Below are positions 7,896 through 17,665 of a DNA stretch of 39,474 nt, in pieces. The stretch is from a virus (lineage: Duplodnaviria > Caudoviricetes): positions 1 to 39,474 of IMG/VR virus record IMGVR_UViG_3300011437_000016; one strand, 5' to 3'. The notes beneath the pieces were generated by a model that saw nothing but the letters and a program-made list of their open reading frames with translations, ran no database searches and had not been told where the DNA came from. Positions within the stretch are counted from its first letter, which is position 1, and the number at the start of each line of letters is the position of its first letter. The position numbers and the translations under genes were made by a program.

Positions 7896-9253
7896 CAGCG
7901 GACCCTCCTGGGCGGCGGCGCGGGCCACGGATACGGTTGCGGCACGGGCCCCGCTTGGGGCGCGAGATCGAGCACGCGGTTGTAGTCGCCGAACAGGCCC
8001 GACTCCCCGCCCCGTGGGGCGGTCGCGGCGGGCGACGGCGTACTCGTCAGCGAGCTGATACTCGGCAGCGATGACTGCGGGTAGAGATTGGACTGGTCGT
8101 AGATCCGTAGCCCAGTGGCCCCAGTCGATGCCGCGGGGTCAGTGGACCGCGTGTTCGTCGGCGTCGCCGTGCCCGTCGTATTGGTCGCGCTCGTGTTGGT
8201 CGCGCCGTTCGTGTTCGTCGCGTTGGCTTGCGGGAACCCGTAGTAGGCCCCGAGCGCCATGCTCCCGTAGTTGAGGGCGCTATCGAACCAGTTGGCCTCG
8301 GGCGTCTCACTGAGCGGATCCGGTTCCGGCAGCGCGGCCATGCGGCGGCCCGACGTCGCGGTCCCCGGCTGCAGCGGATCGAGCAGCTCGGTGATGGCGT
8401 TGCGGTACATCGTCCCGCCGATCTCGTCGCGGGTGGCCTGCGGGATGTCGCCCACGGTCTGGCCGCCTTGCGGCACGTAGCGCGCCATCTCAGGCGGTAC
8501 CGTGAGCGCGGGACCGGGCCGCGCGCCTTGCAGCGCACTGGCGCGGATGGAGTTGCCGTAGGAGCGTTCTTGCAGATCCTGCAAGAACTCCCGCTGGTTG
8601 GTTTCGGCGTTCGCGCGGTCGAAGTAGTTCCGGTTGCGCGTCAGGTTGACGAGGTCGTAGTTGCGCGCGTTGGCGGCTTCGGCGGCGCGGCCAGACGCGC
8701 GGCCCGAGGCGAGCGCGGCAAGGCCGCGTCCGATGTTCGCTCCGGTGATCCCCTTGGCCGCCGTCGCGGCCCCCGTGCCTGCGCCCGTGCCGGCGGCCCC
8801 GCCCCCGGCGGCCGCCGCGCCCGTCCCGGCCGCTGCCGCCCCAGTCCCGGCCGCCGCCGCCCCACCCATCAGGGCCCCTGTGCCGGAAGGATAGAGCGCA
8901 CCAAGTCCCACCGTGGAGGCGGGCAACCCGCCCACGCCCGCCGCCGTGCCCGCCCCGGCCGCGCCTGCGCCCGCGCCAGCCCCGAACCCGGTAAAGCCGC
9001 CGAGGAGCGCACCGCCGACAATCGGGGCCCCGAGCGCAATCGCGGCTTGCCACCATTCGATGTCCCCGGCGCGGCCCGCCGCGTCCTGGCGCGCGGCCAG
9101 CGCGGGGTTCTCCTGCCGCCATTTGATCGTGGCGGCGATGCTCTCGGGGCCAAACGCCTGCGGATCGATCTCGGCGTCCTGCGACAGACGGGGCAGATCG
9201 CCCGCCCGCCGACCGGCCTTCGACGCCGCACGCGCAATCGGGGGCAGAGCCAT
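7895..9253 (-). CDS. putative pilot/ejection protein, Gly/Ala-rich with hydrophobic segments
   Basis: Long GAGAA-rich tract, Thr/Asn-rich tail, and synteny with other ejection proteins. Confidence 0.55.
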   Translation of the reverse strand: MALPPIARAASKAGRRAGDLPRLSQDAEIDPQAFGPESIAATIKWRQENPALAARQDAAGRAGDIEWWQAAIALGAPIVGGALLGGFTGFGAGAGAGAAGAGTAAGVGGLPASTVGLGALYPSGTGALMGGAAAAGTGAAAAGTGAAAAGGGAAGTGAGTGAATAAKGITGANIGRGLAALASGRASGRAAEAANARNYDLVNLTRNRNYFDRANAETNQREFLQDLQERSYGNSIRASALQGARPGPALTVPPEMARYVPQGGQTVGDIPQATRDEIGGTMYRNAITELLDPLQPGTATSGRRMAALPEPDPLSETPEANWFDSALNYGSMALGAYYGFPQANATNTNGATNTSATNTTGTATPTNTRSTDPAASTGATGLRIYDQSNLYPQSSLPSISSLTSTPSPAATAPRGGESGLFGDYNRVLDLAPQAGPVPQPYPWPAPPPRRVR

Positions 9254-9254
9254 C

Positions 9255-9608
9255 TCAGTACCTCACGGCTCGCCGCGTCGAATCCTGCGGCGAGAAGGGA
9301 CGCGGTTGCGTGTCGGGGCCCTCGGGAGATCGCACCTCGGTGCCCGGGACCACCTGGGGACCGCCGAGCGCCTCGATAATCGCTTCGCGCTCCGCGGCCT
9401 TGGGATCGGGCAGGGGCGGCATCCCCGGCGCTCCTGGCGGGCCTGGAGGCATTCCCGGCGGTCCAGGCGGCCCGGGCATCCCCGGCGGCATCCCCCCCAT
9501 CGGGGGCCCCATCGGTTGGGGCGGCGGGCGCGGCGGGGCGAGCGGACGCCCGAACGTCGGGGCCGGGGCCCCGTACGGTTGACCGACTTGCGCGCGTTCG
9601 ACGGCCAT
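9255..9608 (-). CDS. Pro/Gly/Met-rich small protein
   Basis: PPGMPG repeats. Fits tightly between neighbouring genes. Confidence 0.55.
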   Translation of the reverse strand: MAVERAQVGQPYGAPAPTFGRPLAPPRPPPQPMGPPMGGMPPGMPGPPGPPGMPPGPPGAPGMPPLPDPKAAEREAIIEALGGPQVVPGTEVRSPEGPDTQPRPFSPQDSTRRAVRY

Positions 9609-9611
9609 GGC

Positions 9612-10991
9612 TTACGTCCCTTTCGGCAGCACGTAGTTCTTGTCGAACTGGCGAATGGTTTCCGCCAACCGGCCCGCGTCGAGCCCATACCCGTAGTTGA
9701 ATTGCCGCGCGTCTTCGCCGAGGCGCATCCGGTCGAGATCGATGCCGGCGCGTCCGAGGAACTCCCGCAGCGCGAGATCGTTCGCGGATTGGCGTTCCGT
9801 GGAGGCCATCTGCTCGCGGCGAATCGCGGCGTCGAGCGTCATCGCTTCGCGCTGCAACTGCTGGGCGAGATCGAACTGGCCCGCCTGCTGCGCCTGGGCA
9901 ATCGCGAACTGCAGATCTTCGCGCTGCGCCTGCATCCGCGTCACGGCCAGCTCGCCGAGGAAGCCCGCCTCGCCTTCGCCGCGCTGCTGCCGGATCCCTT
10001 GCAGCTCGGTATCGAAGTACCCCGTGTTGTCGTAGCCCTGAAAGGCCGCGTCCTCGGCCAGTTCCGCCCGTTGCCGTTCTTCAGCCCGCTGCGCGGCGAG
10101 CCGGTACGCTTGGTTCTCGGGCGAGTCCATCAGCTCTTGCGGCGTCGGCGGCTTCTGCCCGAGCAGTTCCAGAATCGCCGCGCGGCTCGCGTCATTGAGC
10201 GCCTGCGACGAGGAGCCGTTCGCGATTTGGGACGCCGTCGTCGGCGTGGCGGTCGCGCCGGTTGTCGCGGGCACGCCCGACGTGGCGTTCGCGAACGACG
10301 AGGTCAAGGCACTGCTGCCGGTCCCGGTACCGTACGGCGTCAGGGCCCCGCCGCCGAGACTCCCGCTCGCCGCGCCCACGGCATCACTTTCCGGTTGCCA
10401 CGCGATCCCACTCTCGCCGCCAAAATCGCGGATCACATCGACGTTGCCGATGCCGGGAATATTGACGACGTCCTTCCCGGCCCACGTCGTGCCTGGATAC
10501 GCTTTCGCGATGTCAGCCATCGCGGCCTGGAGTTGCGTCGGATCGTTCAGGTTGTAGCCGGACAGGATGCGGCCGACGACATATTTCGGCGTCTGGTGCA
10601 GCGGGTTGGCCCACTTCGTCGGGTCATAGCCCGAGACGGCGGTCTGGTTGTAATTGGTCGCGATGTAGCCCGGCTTGGCGTACCCGCCCGTGTCCAGCAC
10701 GCCCGCGTTCTGGGTCGGCGGCGTGTCCGTGATCTTGGGCATGTCGGGCGGCGGGGTGGCGTACGGATCGGGATTGGGCACGAGGGTGCCCGTCCCTGTA
10801 TTCGTGGCCGCTGCCGCCGCCGCCTCGCGGTCCCGCAAGATCTGTTCGTAACTCTTCGTCGCCGTGCTGGTGGTCGTGGCGGGCGGGAGCGGCGCATTCG
10901 GATCATTCGGATCCGGCGCGGCGGGCCCGTCGGGGCCGTCCGGCTCGCCGTAGCCGGGATCGTTGGGATCCCAAGGTTTCTTGACTGCCAT
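9612..10991 (-). CDS. putative internal virion protein
   Basis: Disordered N-terminus and coiled-coil C-terminus. AAGGAG RBS and synteny. Confidence 0.55.
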   Translation of the reverse strand: MAVKKPWDPNDPGYGEPDGPDGPAAPDPNDPNAPLPPATTTSTATKSYEQILRDREAAAAAATNTGTGTLVPNPDPYATPPPDMPKITDTPPTQNAGVLDTGGYAKPGYIATNYNQTAVSGYDPTKWANPLHQTPKYVVGRILSGYNLNDPTQLQAAMADIAKAYPGTTWAGKDVVNIPGIGNVDVIRDFGGESGIAWQPESDAVGAASGSLGGGALTPYGTGTGSSALTSSFANATSGVPATTGATATPTTASQIANGSSSQALNDASRAAILELLGQKPPTPQELMDSPENQAYRLAAQRAEERQRAELAEDAAFQGYDNTGYFDTELQGIRQQRGEGEAGFLGELAVTRMQAQREDLQFAIAQAQQAGQFDLAQQLQREAMTLDAAIRREQMASTERQSANDLALREFLGRAGIDLDRMRLGEDARQFNYGYGLDAGRLAETIRQFDKNYVLPKGT

Positions 10992-11011
10992 CACTCACTC
11001 CTTCGCATCCC

Positions 11012-11596
11012 CTACGCCAGCGTCACGCGCAGATCGAGGCGCACCCGTTTCACCGACGAGACGCTCTCGACATTGAAGGCCAGGATGTCATCGGCCGCGA
11101 GCGCCGTCGTCCAGCCCACCAAGGTCGCATCCTGGCTCTTGATGGCGCTACTGAGGGTCGGTTTCGCACTCGCGCAAATGCTGTCCGCGACCGTCGGCGG
11201 ATAGTTCGCGTACGTGTCTTTCCAGATGTCCACCACCATCGAGCCGCTGGTCAGGGCCGGGTCGGCCGAGAGCAGCGTCACTTGCGTAATCGTGCAGGCC
11301 CACGGGACCACCAGCACGCCGGAAAAGCCGGTGGCAATCCCGCTGCCGGGGCTGGCGAAATGCGCGATCACGAAGGTCAGCGTCTGCTGGGGCTCCACGC
11401 CATTGACGGTGATGGGGCCCCCCCGCACCGCGAGCGGGCCGGTCACCGTGAGCGACGACGCGGTGATGTGCGTGTGCTGCCCGTCGTCGTCGTGCTCCTG
11501 CAAGAGATACGCGGTCAACTCGCTGTCGAGTTGGTCGAGTTCTTTCCGCACAATCGGCGGCAGCTCGGAACGGAAGGTGACGGAGGGCAGCGGCAT
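11012..11596 (-). CDS. putative minor tail protein
   Basis: Start MPLPSV at 11596 overlaps the hub gene stop. Beta-rich C-terminal domain (SGSMVVDIWKDTYANYPPT). Confidence 0.55.
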   Translation of the reverse strand: MPLPSVTFRSELPPIVRKELDQLDSELTAYLLQEHDDDGQHTHITASSLTVTGPLAVRGGPITVNGVEPQQTLTFVIAHFASPGSGIATGFSGVLVVPWACTITQVTLLSADPALTSGSMVVDIWKDTYANYPPTVADSICASAKPTLSSAIKSQDATLVGWTTALAADDILAFNVESVSSVKRVRLDLRVTLA

Positions 11597-13608
11597 CAGA
11601 GCGCACTCGTCCCGACGTCGAGGTCGGTGGTGGTGATGCGCGCGTCCCAGCGGTCGAGGCTGAAGAAGTGATCGGCCGCGCACGGATCGCCGAGTTCCGT
11701 TTGAAACGTCCACGAGCCCGCGAGCATGGCGTCTTCGAACAGGAAGATCCGGCGCGACTCCGTCTCTTCCGCCGTGAGCGGCACGGTACTGAGCAGTTCC
11801 TCCTGATCGCCGTAGTTCCTGATCAACCGCTGCGCGAGGAGCGCATTGCTCGTGTGCGCGCGGACCCACGCCTTGTCGAGTTGCACGATCTGCGGGGCCA
11901 CGCTGACGTTCCAGGCCTTCGACGTGATGTGGGCGCAGTAGGCCGTTTCATTCGGCTGGTCGGCGTCATCGACGTTGACGTCGGGCGCATCGAACTGATT
12001 GATGCGCGTGTCGTAGCCGAGGTACGGCTTGAGCCGCCGGCCCATCGGGTTGCCGAACACTTCGGCGAACATGACGGAGCACTGCGCCGTCGCCGCCGCG
12101 CCCGTGAACCGCGTCCAGCCGTAGCGCACGCCTTCATCCCGCGTCGGTCGGCCTTCTTTGGGAAAGAACATCAAGCCCGTCGTCGGATAGAGTTCGTCGC
12201 CCTGGACGATCCACCAGTAACAGCGGCGGGTGCGTTGGTCGTAGAGCCCGTGCGCGGACAGCGGCGTCGGCAGTTGCGGATCGAACTGGGCCCACAGGTC
12301 TTGGATGTCGTACCCCAACCACTGCAGCCCGTCCGCGCCGTAGCGGTACGGGCCCCGGTGCGGATCCAACCAGTAGATGCACGGGCGACCGCTTTCGTCC
12401 TCGCCCACAAAACTCGACCAGTGCGACACGCAGCCGATCTCTTTCGAGAGCGTGATGCGCGCGTACGGCCTCGCCGCCGCGCCCGTCGGCTTGAGCAAGT
12501 ACACGCCGCGCGACTGCATCACGAGAATGTTGCCGTCAACGGGTCCGACAATCGCGCGATCTTCTGCGCCCGAGTTTCTGGAGATGTCGATGTAGCCCTT
12601 GAGTTCCGACGACATCACGATAGACTCGTCCTCGCCGCCATCGACCGTCGCATCGAGCGCCTGCGTGATGTAGACGCGCCCGGGCACGGCGGGGAGCGCG
12701 TTGTTCGTTTGATCGCCCTGCGTGCCGAACAAGAGCAACCGCACGCCGTCCCAGAGCAGGAACTTCGCGCTCGGTAGCGGCCACCGCGATCCTTCCAGCG
12801 GCGCGGCCTCCAGGCTCCCATACTGCGTGACGAGGCGTGTATCCGTGAAGGTCGTCGCCGAGGCGAACGCCGTCCAGTCGTTGAGTTGGTAGTAGAGGAC
12901 GCCATCCGCCGAACCGAACACGCGCCAGTGCGTGGCCGACTCGGTCGCTGCCGCGACGGTGATCAGCACGCCCGTGCCGCTGCCACTCGGCGTGAACGAC
13001 ACCGCCGTGCCGAGCGCCGACACCGCCATCGGCGTGTCGCTCACGTCCGTCCGCAGTTGCGTGCGGTAGTAGCGCAGGACCGCCGCATACGATCCGCTGC
13101 CGTCGTTGGTCGGGACGGGCGCAGCGGGGCCTGAGAGGCCCGCGAGGCGCAGCGTATTGCCTGACGTCCCCGGCTGATAGACGTGCAGGCGATTGCCCGC
13201 CGTGCTGTCGTACGCGAGGAACAGTTTCCCGTTGCCGGTGGCGTAACTGACGAGGAGCGGACTGCCCTCCAGCGCATCGGTCTGCGTGATCGCCGTCGCC
13301 GCGAGCCCTGCCGTGACGTGCATGAACTGGGACGGCGTGTCGAACGTCGAGAAGACCAGCACCGCCTGCCCGTCATCCTGCGTCGGCTGGAAGCGCGTCA
13401 TCGACGCTGCGCCTTCGAAGCTGCCGGTGATCGGCATGGTGATCGTGCCGCGCCGTCGCTCGCCCAGGCCATTGGCGGTGAGGATCCAGTTGACCGCCTC
13501 GGTCCCCATATCGCTCGGCAGCACCGCCGGTTCATCGACGCCGTTGCGTCCCCGAAAGCGGCCCCAACTGAGCAGGTGCTGCCCATAGCTCCCAGCCTTC
13601 TTCGCCAT
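11596..13608 (-). CDS. tail hub / packaged-DNA stabilization protein (tail tubular B / P22 gp10-like)
   Basis: 670-aa beta-rich protein directly after the adaptor, with beta-propeller-like motifs (IGCVSHWS, IYWLD...GPYRY). Confidence 0.65.
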   Translation of the reverse strand: MAKKAGSYGQHLLSWGRFRGRNGVDEPAVLPSDMGTEAVNWILTANGLGERRRGTITMPITGSFEGAASMTRFQPTQDDGQAVLVFSTFDTPSQFMHVTAGLAATAITQTDALEGSPLLVSYATGNGKLFLAYDSTAGNRLHVYQPGTSGNTLRLAGLSGPAAPVPTNDGSGSYAAVLRYYRTQLRTDVSDTPMAVSALGTAVSFTPSGSGTGVLITVAAATESATHWRVFGSADGVLYYQLNDWTAFASATTFTDTRLVTQYGSLEAAPLEGSRWPLPSAKFLLWDGVRLLLFGTQGDQTNNALPAVPGRVYITQALDATVDGGEDESIVMSSELKGYIDISRNSGAEDRAIVGPVDGNILVMQSRGVYLLKPTGAAARPYARITLSKEIGCVSHWSSFVGEDESGRPCIYWLDPHRGPYRYGADGLQWLGYDIQDLWAQFDPQLPTPLSAHGLYDQRTRRCYWWIVQGDELYPTTGLMFFPKEGRPTRDEGVRYGWTRFTGAAATAQCSVMFAEVFGNPMGRRLKPYLGYDTRINQFDAPDVNVDDADQPNETAYCAHITSKAWNVSVAPQIVQLDKAWVRAHTSNALLAQRLIRNYGDQEELLSTVPLTAEETESRRIFLFEDAMLAGSWTFQTELGDPCAADHFFSLDRWDARITTTDLDVGTSAL

Positions 13609-14618
13609 CAGCCGCGATCCGCCGGAAACCAGGGGCCGAGGTCACTCCACCCGTGCGTGCCGGTGCCGAGTTTCCCGCTGACCGGTTTGTAGTTCACGGG
13701 GTACTCGATGTGCGCGGTGAGGTCGATGGCGTAGCGTTCGAACTCGGCCATCTCCATCTGGCTTTGCTGCAGCCGTCCGTCCTTGCGATACATCCGGCCG
13801 CGCGCGTAGCAGCAAAGCATCTCGTGATAGCTGTCGGCGAACGGCGGCGTGTCCTCGTCATGCACCAGGCGCGGGATGGCGTACTGGCCTTCCATCTGGT
13901 ACTCCAGCGCGGCCGAGGGCGTCGGGTACAGCCGGAAGCCGAGCATCCGGCTCGACTGGGATCCATCGATGGCGCTCGCCGTGACCATGCCGAGGGATCG
14001 CCCGCCGCCATCGGTCAGCGAGATGTTGCCCACGGTCGTCGCGTCGAGATGCACTTGCACGATCTGCGAGTAGAGCAGCGACTGAAAGATGGTGACCGGC
14101 GTCGTGCCGGCGAGCAGGTTCCCGTCATTGTTCTTGATGTCCACCACGTCGTTGTAGGGCGGGGCGCGCAGGATGCGGACGTTGAGCCGTTGCGTCGTGT
14201 CGAGCGCGTCGTCGGAGACGGCAATGAGCGTGTAGTACCCCGACGGATCGGCCTGCGGCTGTTGCTCGACCGGCGTGAACCCTTCGGGGATCCAGTAGGC
14301 GGGCGTGCCGCTCGTGCGGACAGACGGGTCCAGACTGCGGTACCAGTCGCGCGTCCGCATCTGCAACCGTCGTCCGTTGACGACATCGATGATGTAGTCG
14401 ATCCGGTCGATGGACTTCGCGGCCCCGTAGAAGCCGCGCCCCGCCTCCGACATGAACGGGAGCTGCGCGATCCTGAGACTCTTCAGGCGCGGCCGCCGCA
14501 ACACGCGCTCCAGGCCTTCATTGAGAAACCGCCGCACGCGCTCCTGCACCCCCGGCTTGGGGGCCGCTTGGTACTGCATGTCATCGAAGACACCGCGCTG
14601 CAACTCGGCGAAGGTCAC
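13608..14618 (-). CDS. head-tail adaptor (tail tubular A-like)
   Basis: MTFAELQ...RRFLNEG...GTPAYW...LYPTP...DEDTPPF...YHEML resembles the podovirus adaptor pattern. Confidence 0.65.
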   Translation of the reverse strand: MTFAELQRGVFDDMQYQAAPKPGVQERVRRFLNEGLERVLRRPRLKSLRIAQLPFMSEAGRGFYGAAKSIDRIDYIIDVVNGRRLQMRTRDWYRSLDPSVRTSGTPAYWIPEGFTPVEQQPQADPSGYYTLIAVSDDALDTTQRLNVRILRAPPYNDVVDIKNNDGNLLAGTTPVTIFQSLLYSQIVQVHLDATTVGNISLTDGGGRSLGMVTASAIDGSQSSRMLGFRLYPTPSAALEYQMEGQYAIPRLVHDEDTPPFADSYHEMLCCYARGRMYRKDGRLQQSQMEMAEFERYAIDLTAHIEYPVNYKPVSGKLGTGTHGWSDLGPWFPADRG

Positions 14619-14839
14619 AGGTGCGCCTCTTGCGTCGGGGCATAGACGCGCTGCCCCTGGCGCACGCCAACCTGCTCAAAGAACCGCCGCTCGACCTTGA
14701 TCCGAAACGGCAGATCGCCGGGGACGTCGAACGTGTAGGGCGTGAACGTCTGCCGATCATCGTCGGTCAGCAGGATCGTGAAACTCCGCAGCGGCGTCGG
14801 TTCCAGGCACAGGCCGAACGGGGGGCGTCGGAAGGGCAT
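14615..14839 (-). CDS. small hypothetical protein, paralog of 14844-15128
   Basis: LLTDDDR...FRIKVERRFFEQV...YAPT. GAGGTG RBS. Confidence 0.6.
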   Translation of the reverse strand: MPFRRPPFGLCLEPTPLRSFTILLTDDDRQTFTPYTFDVPGDLPFRIKVERRFFEQVGVRQGQRVYAPTQEAHL

Positions 14840-14843
14840 GGCA

Positions 14844-15128
14844 TCACCTCGTGGGCGCGAAAATCCACGTATGCGCCCCTTCGGGCGAGTCATCGACGTG
14901 TTCGAAGAACTGGCCGTTCACGCTGATGCGGAAGCCGAACGCCTCTTCGGGAATGTAGGCTTCGTGCAGGACGATGCGGTTGTCGCCGGTCAGGAGCACG
15001 CGCACCGGGTCGCCGGCCGCTTGCTGCCCCGGCAACGGCGGGCAGGTCGCCGTCGGCGTGGGCACTGGATCCGCCGGGGGATCGCAGTCGGCGGGGGCGA
15101 TCACAAGGGGGTCTTTCTTCGTCGCCAT
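14844..15128 (-). CDS. small hypothetical protein, paralog of 14615-14839
   Basis: LLTGDNR...FRISVNGQFFEHV...FAPT. AAGGAG RBS. Confidence 0.65.
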   Translation of the reverse strand: MATKKDPLVIAPADCDPPADPVPTPTATCPPLPGQQAAGDPVRVLLTGDNRIVLHEAYIPEEAFGFRISVNGQFFEHVDDSPEGAHTWIFAPTR

Positions 15129-15138
15129 CGGATCTCCT

Positions 15139-15807
15139 TTACGCGGTCGCCGTCGCGGCGAGCCGATTTTCGAGGGACGCGACTTGGGCTTGGAGCTGCT
15201 GGATGAGGACGAGCGCGGACGACGGGTCGGCAAGCGTTTGACCATAGAGCAGCTCGATCAGAATGGCGGCTTGACTCGGCAGATCGTGGCGGGTATCGAG
15301 CCCGCGATACGGCACCTCGACTTGGAGTTTCTTCTTCGTGCCGTTCCGGCTGATCGTCGCCGTCCACTGCCCGTCGCGCGCGGTCTTGTCGGCGGTGAAC
15401 TGATTGATAAGCTCGATCTCGGGAATCGTGAGCCAGTCGGCGAGCACGCGCCCGTGGCAGAACTCGTAGTCGTAGATCATCGTCGGACGCGGATGCGCTT
15501 CCCGCCCGATGGGATCGTCGGGCAGGTAGTGCAGTGCGTGCGTCTGGCAGATCGCACAGGTCGGATCGACGTGATACACGCCGCGATCTTCGTAGTGCGG
15601 GTTCTCTTTGCGGACGCTGCGCTGCGCGGTCTGGGTCAGGCTCTCGACTTGCTTGAGCAGCGCCGTCATCGCGTCCGGCATCCCCGGTGCAGCGGCCGGA
15701 CTCGATGCCGCCTCCTTGAACGCAAGGAGCAGCGTCTTCAAATCGTCCGCGCCGAGCACATACTGCGTCGGCGACTTCGGGGCCTGGACGGGGTCTTCCT
15801 TCGCCAT
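15139..15807 (-). CDS. hypothetical protein in the head region (CxxC/His cluster)
   Basis: GAGGTG RBS and plausible composition. Confidence 0.6.
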   Translation of the reverse strand: MAKEDPVQAPKSPTQYVLGADDLKTLLLAFKEAASSPAAAPGMPDAMTALLKQVESLTQTAQRSVRKENPHYEDRGVYHVDPTCAICQTHALHYLPDDPIGREAHPRPTMIYDYEFCHGRVLADWLTIPEIELINQFTADKTARDGQWTATISRNGTKKKLQVEVPYRGLDTRHDLPSQAAILIELLYGQTLADPSSALVLIQQLQAQVASLENRLAATATA

Positions 15808-15832
15808 GCGAGCACCTCAACGAGAAGGGAAA

Positions 15833-15869
15833 CCCGCACGGCGCAGGGTTGGAGGCCACGCCGTACGGG
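15833..15869 (-). terminator. hairpin / possible intrinsic terminator after the decoration gene
   Basis: Minus-strand stem CCCGUACGGCG/CGCCGUGCGGG (one G.U) followed by UUUCCCUU. The loop contains UCCAAC. Confidence 0.5.
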
Positions 15870-15887
15870 GAATTGTGACGCCAGATG

Positions 15888-16613
15888 TCACAACAGGTTG
15901 ATCTGCGCCGGGAAGATCTTCCCGGTGACGCCGGTCACGAGCGCGCGACCGATCATCGTGAGCGTCGAGCTGTTGATCGCCGCCGCCCCCGGCGCCGCCC
16001 CTGGGGCACTGAGCGCCATGCCGACGGCGGGCGTGCCGTCCACGAGCACGGGGAAGTCGCCACAGACGCCCACCCAGCCGTACTTGCCGAGGCCGATGGG
16101 ATAGACGGCCACGCCGACGACCGCGCCCGTGAGCGTGGTGACCGGCGACTGGATGACGCCCCGGCAGGGATGCGGCGTGAGCGTGACGCGGCTCGACGTC
16201 GTGAGCGCGATCTGCACCGCGTCATCCGACCGCAGGTTGATGGTCGCGATCCCGCCCGAGAGCACCGCCGCGTGGCCGCTGATCCCGTAGCTGTAGCCTT
16301 CTCCTGGCGTCGTGTCGATGGTCGCCAAGCCTTCCGCGTACGCGTTCTCGGCGAGGGCCGCGGCGCCCAGCGTCACGACGATCTGCTTGCCGCCAACGGC
16401 GACGGCGGCGGTCGGCGTGAGCTGGCCGTGGACCGCGACTTGCGCGGGAGCCTGGAGCACGTTGCCGGGGACGAGCGCGGCGCCGCCGGCCAGGACGTAG
16501 CGATACATCCGGCCGCGCGAGTCCACCGAGATCGATCCGAGGGCCGCAAGCGGCGTCGTCGAATCGCTCTGCACTTGCCCACCAGTGATGGTTGGAAATC
16601 CTGAAAGATTCAT
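15888..16613 (-). CDS. capsid decoration/cement protein
   Basis: Immediately downstream of the MCP. GRMYRYV.AG...KYGWV...G pattern and AAAGGAGG RBS. Confidence 0.65.
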   Translation of the reverse strand: MNLSGFPTITGGQVQSDSTTPLAALGSISVDSRGRMYRYVLAGGAALVPGNVLQAPAQVAVHGQLTPTAAVAVGGKQIVVTLGAAALAENAYAEGLATIDTTPGEGYSYGISGHAAVLSGGIATINLRSDDAVQIALTTSSRVTLTPHPCRGVIQSPVTTLTGAVVGVAVYPIGLGKYGWVGVCGDFPVLVDGTPAVGMALSAPGAAPGAAAINSSTLTMIGRALVTGVTGKIFPAQINLL

Positions 16614-16640
16614 GACTGTGTCCTCCTTTCTCTGATGGGT

Positions 16641-17618
16641 CTACGCGATGGTCGTCACGCAACCCATGTGCCGGCGGGCGGTGGCGCACAAGTTGCCGAC
16701 GCTGAACACGCGATGCACGCGCATGAGCTGGTTCGCCGGCTCAATGGGGTTCTTCATCTTCATCCACGCGCCTTTCAGCACCACGAGGTTCAGAAAGTTC
16801 TTGTTGACGAAGTACGCGGTCGCGGCGGGCGAGGCCGCCTCGTCATAGACGTACGGAATCCCCATGAACGCGATGGCCTCGTTGAGCCAGCCCAGATCGG
16901 GATCCGCTTCGCCCTCGGTTTCCTTGACGAGACTGGTCACGTCGGTGAGGAGCTTGTGGTAGCCCTCGAAACTCGCGCGATCCGAGATCAAGCCGGTGGG
17001 CTTTTTGTCGGTGCCGCCGAGCGAGCACTGGTTATGGACACTGAGGAGCGCCGCGCGGTAGTTGTTGAACGCGGTCCCCGCGCCACTCGCCTGCTTCGAT
17101 CGCCAAAACGCCCAGGTGAGCGCGTTGATCCCGCCCACGGTGCCGGTGGTGGGATCGGCGGGGATCAGCTTACGAAGTCCATCCCAGTCTTTCCCGCCGT
17201 TGCCCGTGCCGTCGCCCCAGAGCATTTCGTTGAGCGACTGCAGCGCCGAGTTCACGCCGTTCTTGAGCTTCGACTTCACGACATCGATCTTCCGGTTCGC
17301 GACCGCGTTGCGGAGTTCCTCGAGGTCGGAGAAGACGACCGAGCCCGCGTGGATGCGCTGCTCGTAGCGCGCGGCATCGAAGACGTCGATGCGCGTCGTG
17401 TCAATGGTCTCGAGTTCGCTGATGGAGCGGAACGTGGTGTTCTGCGCGTACTCGACGGTGACCTCGAACAAGCGGCCCCCATCGGCGTACTCGCGATACC
17501 CGCCGTCCTTCAGGAGATAGAGAAGCGCCTGGGACGTGAACGTCTGATCGACGGGACCAGAACTCCACAGATTTTCCCAGGCCACGCTGGCGACTTGCCC
17601 GATATTTGGATCAGCCAA
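16641..17618 (-). CDS. major capsid protein (HK97 fold)
   Basis: 325 aa with LNEMLWGDGTGNGGKDWDGL, TVGGIN...WAFWRS and IAFMGIPYVYD. It follows the scaffold gene. Confidence 0.85.
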   Translation of the reverse strand: MADPNIGQVASVAWENLWSSGPVDQTFTSQALLYLLKDGGYREYADGGRLFEVTVEYAQNTTFRSISELETIDTTRIDVFDAARYEQRIHAGSVVFSDLEELRNAVANRKIDVVKSKLKNGVNSALQSLNEMLWGDGTGNGGKDWDGLRKLIPADPTTGTVGGINALTWAFWRSKQASGAGTAFNNYRAALLSVHNQCSLGGTDKKPTGLISDRASFEGYHKLLTDVTSLVKETEGEADPDLGWLNEAIAFMGIPYVYDEAASPAATAYFVNKNFLNLVVLKGAWMKMKNPIEPANQLMRVHRVFSVGNLCATARRHMGCVTTIA

Positions 17619-17665
17619 TGCAGCACCACGGGGCCGCCTAACGGATCGTCAGATCCGCGCGCGGC

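Noticed and set aside
8913-11204. 763-aa plus-strand ORF
   Set aside because: It is an antisense shadow of the ejection-protein genes, with no motifs or RBS.
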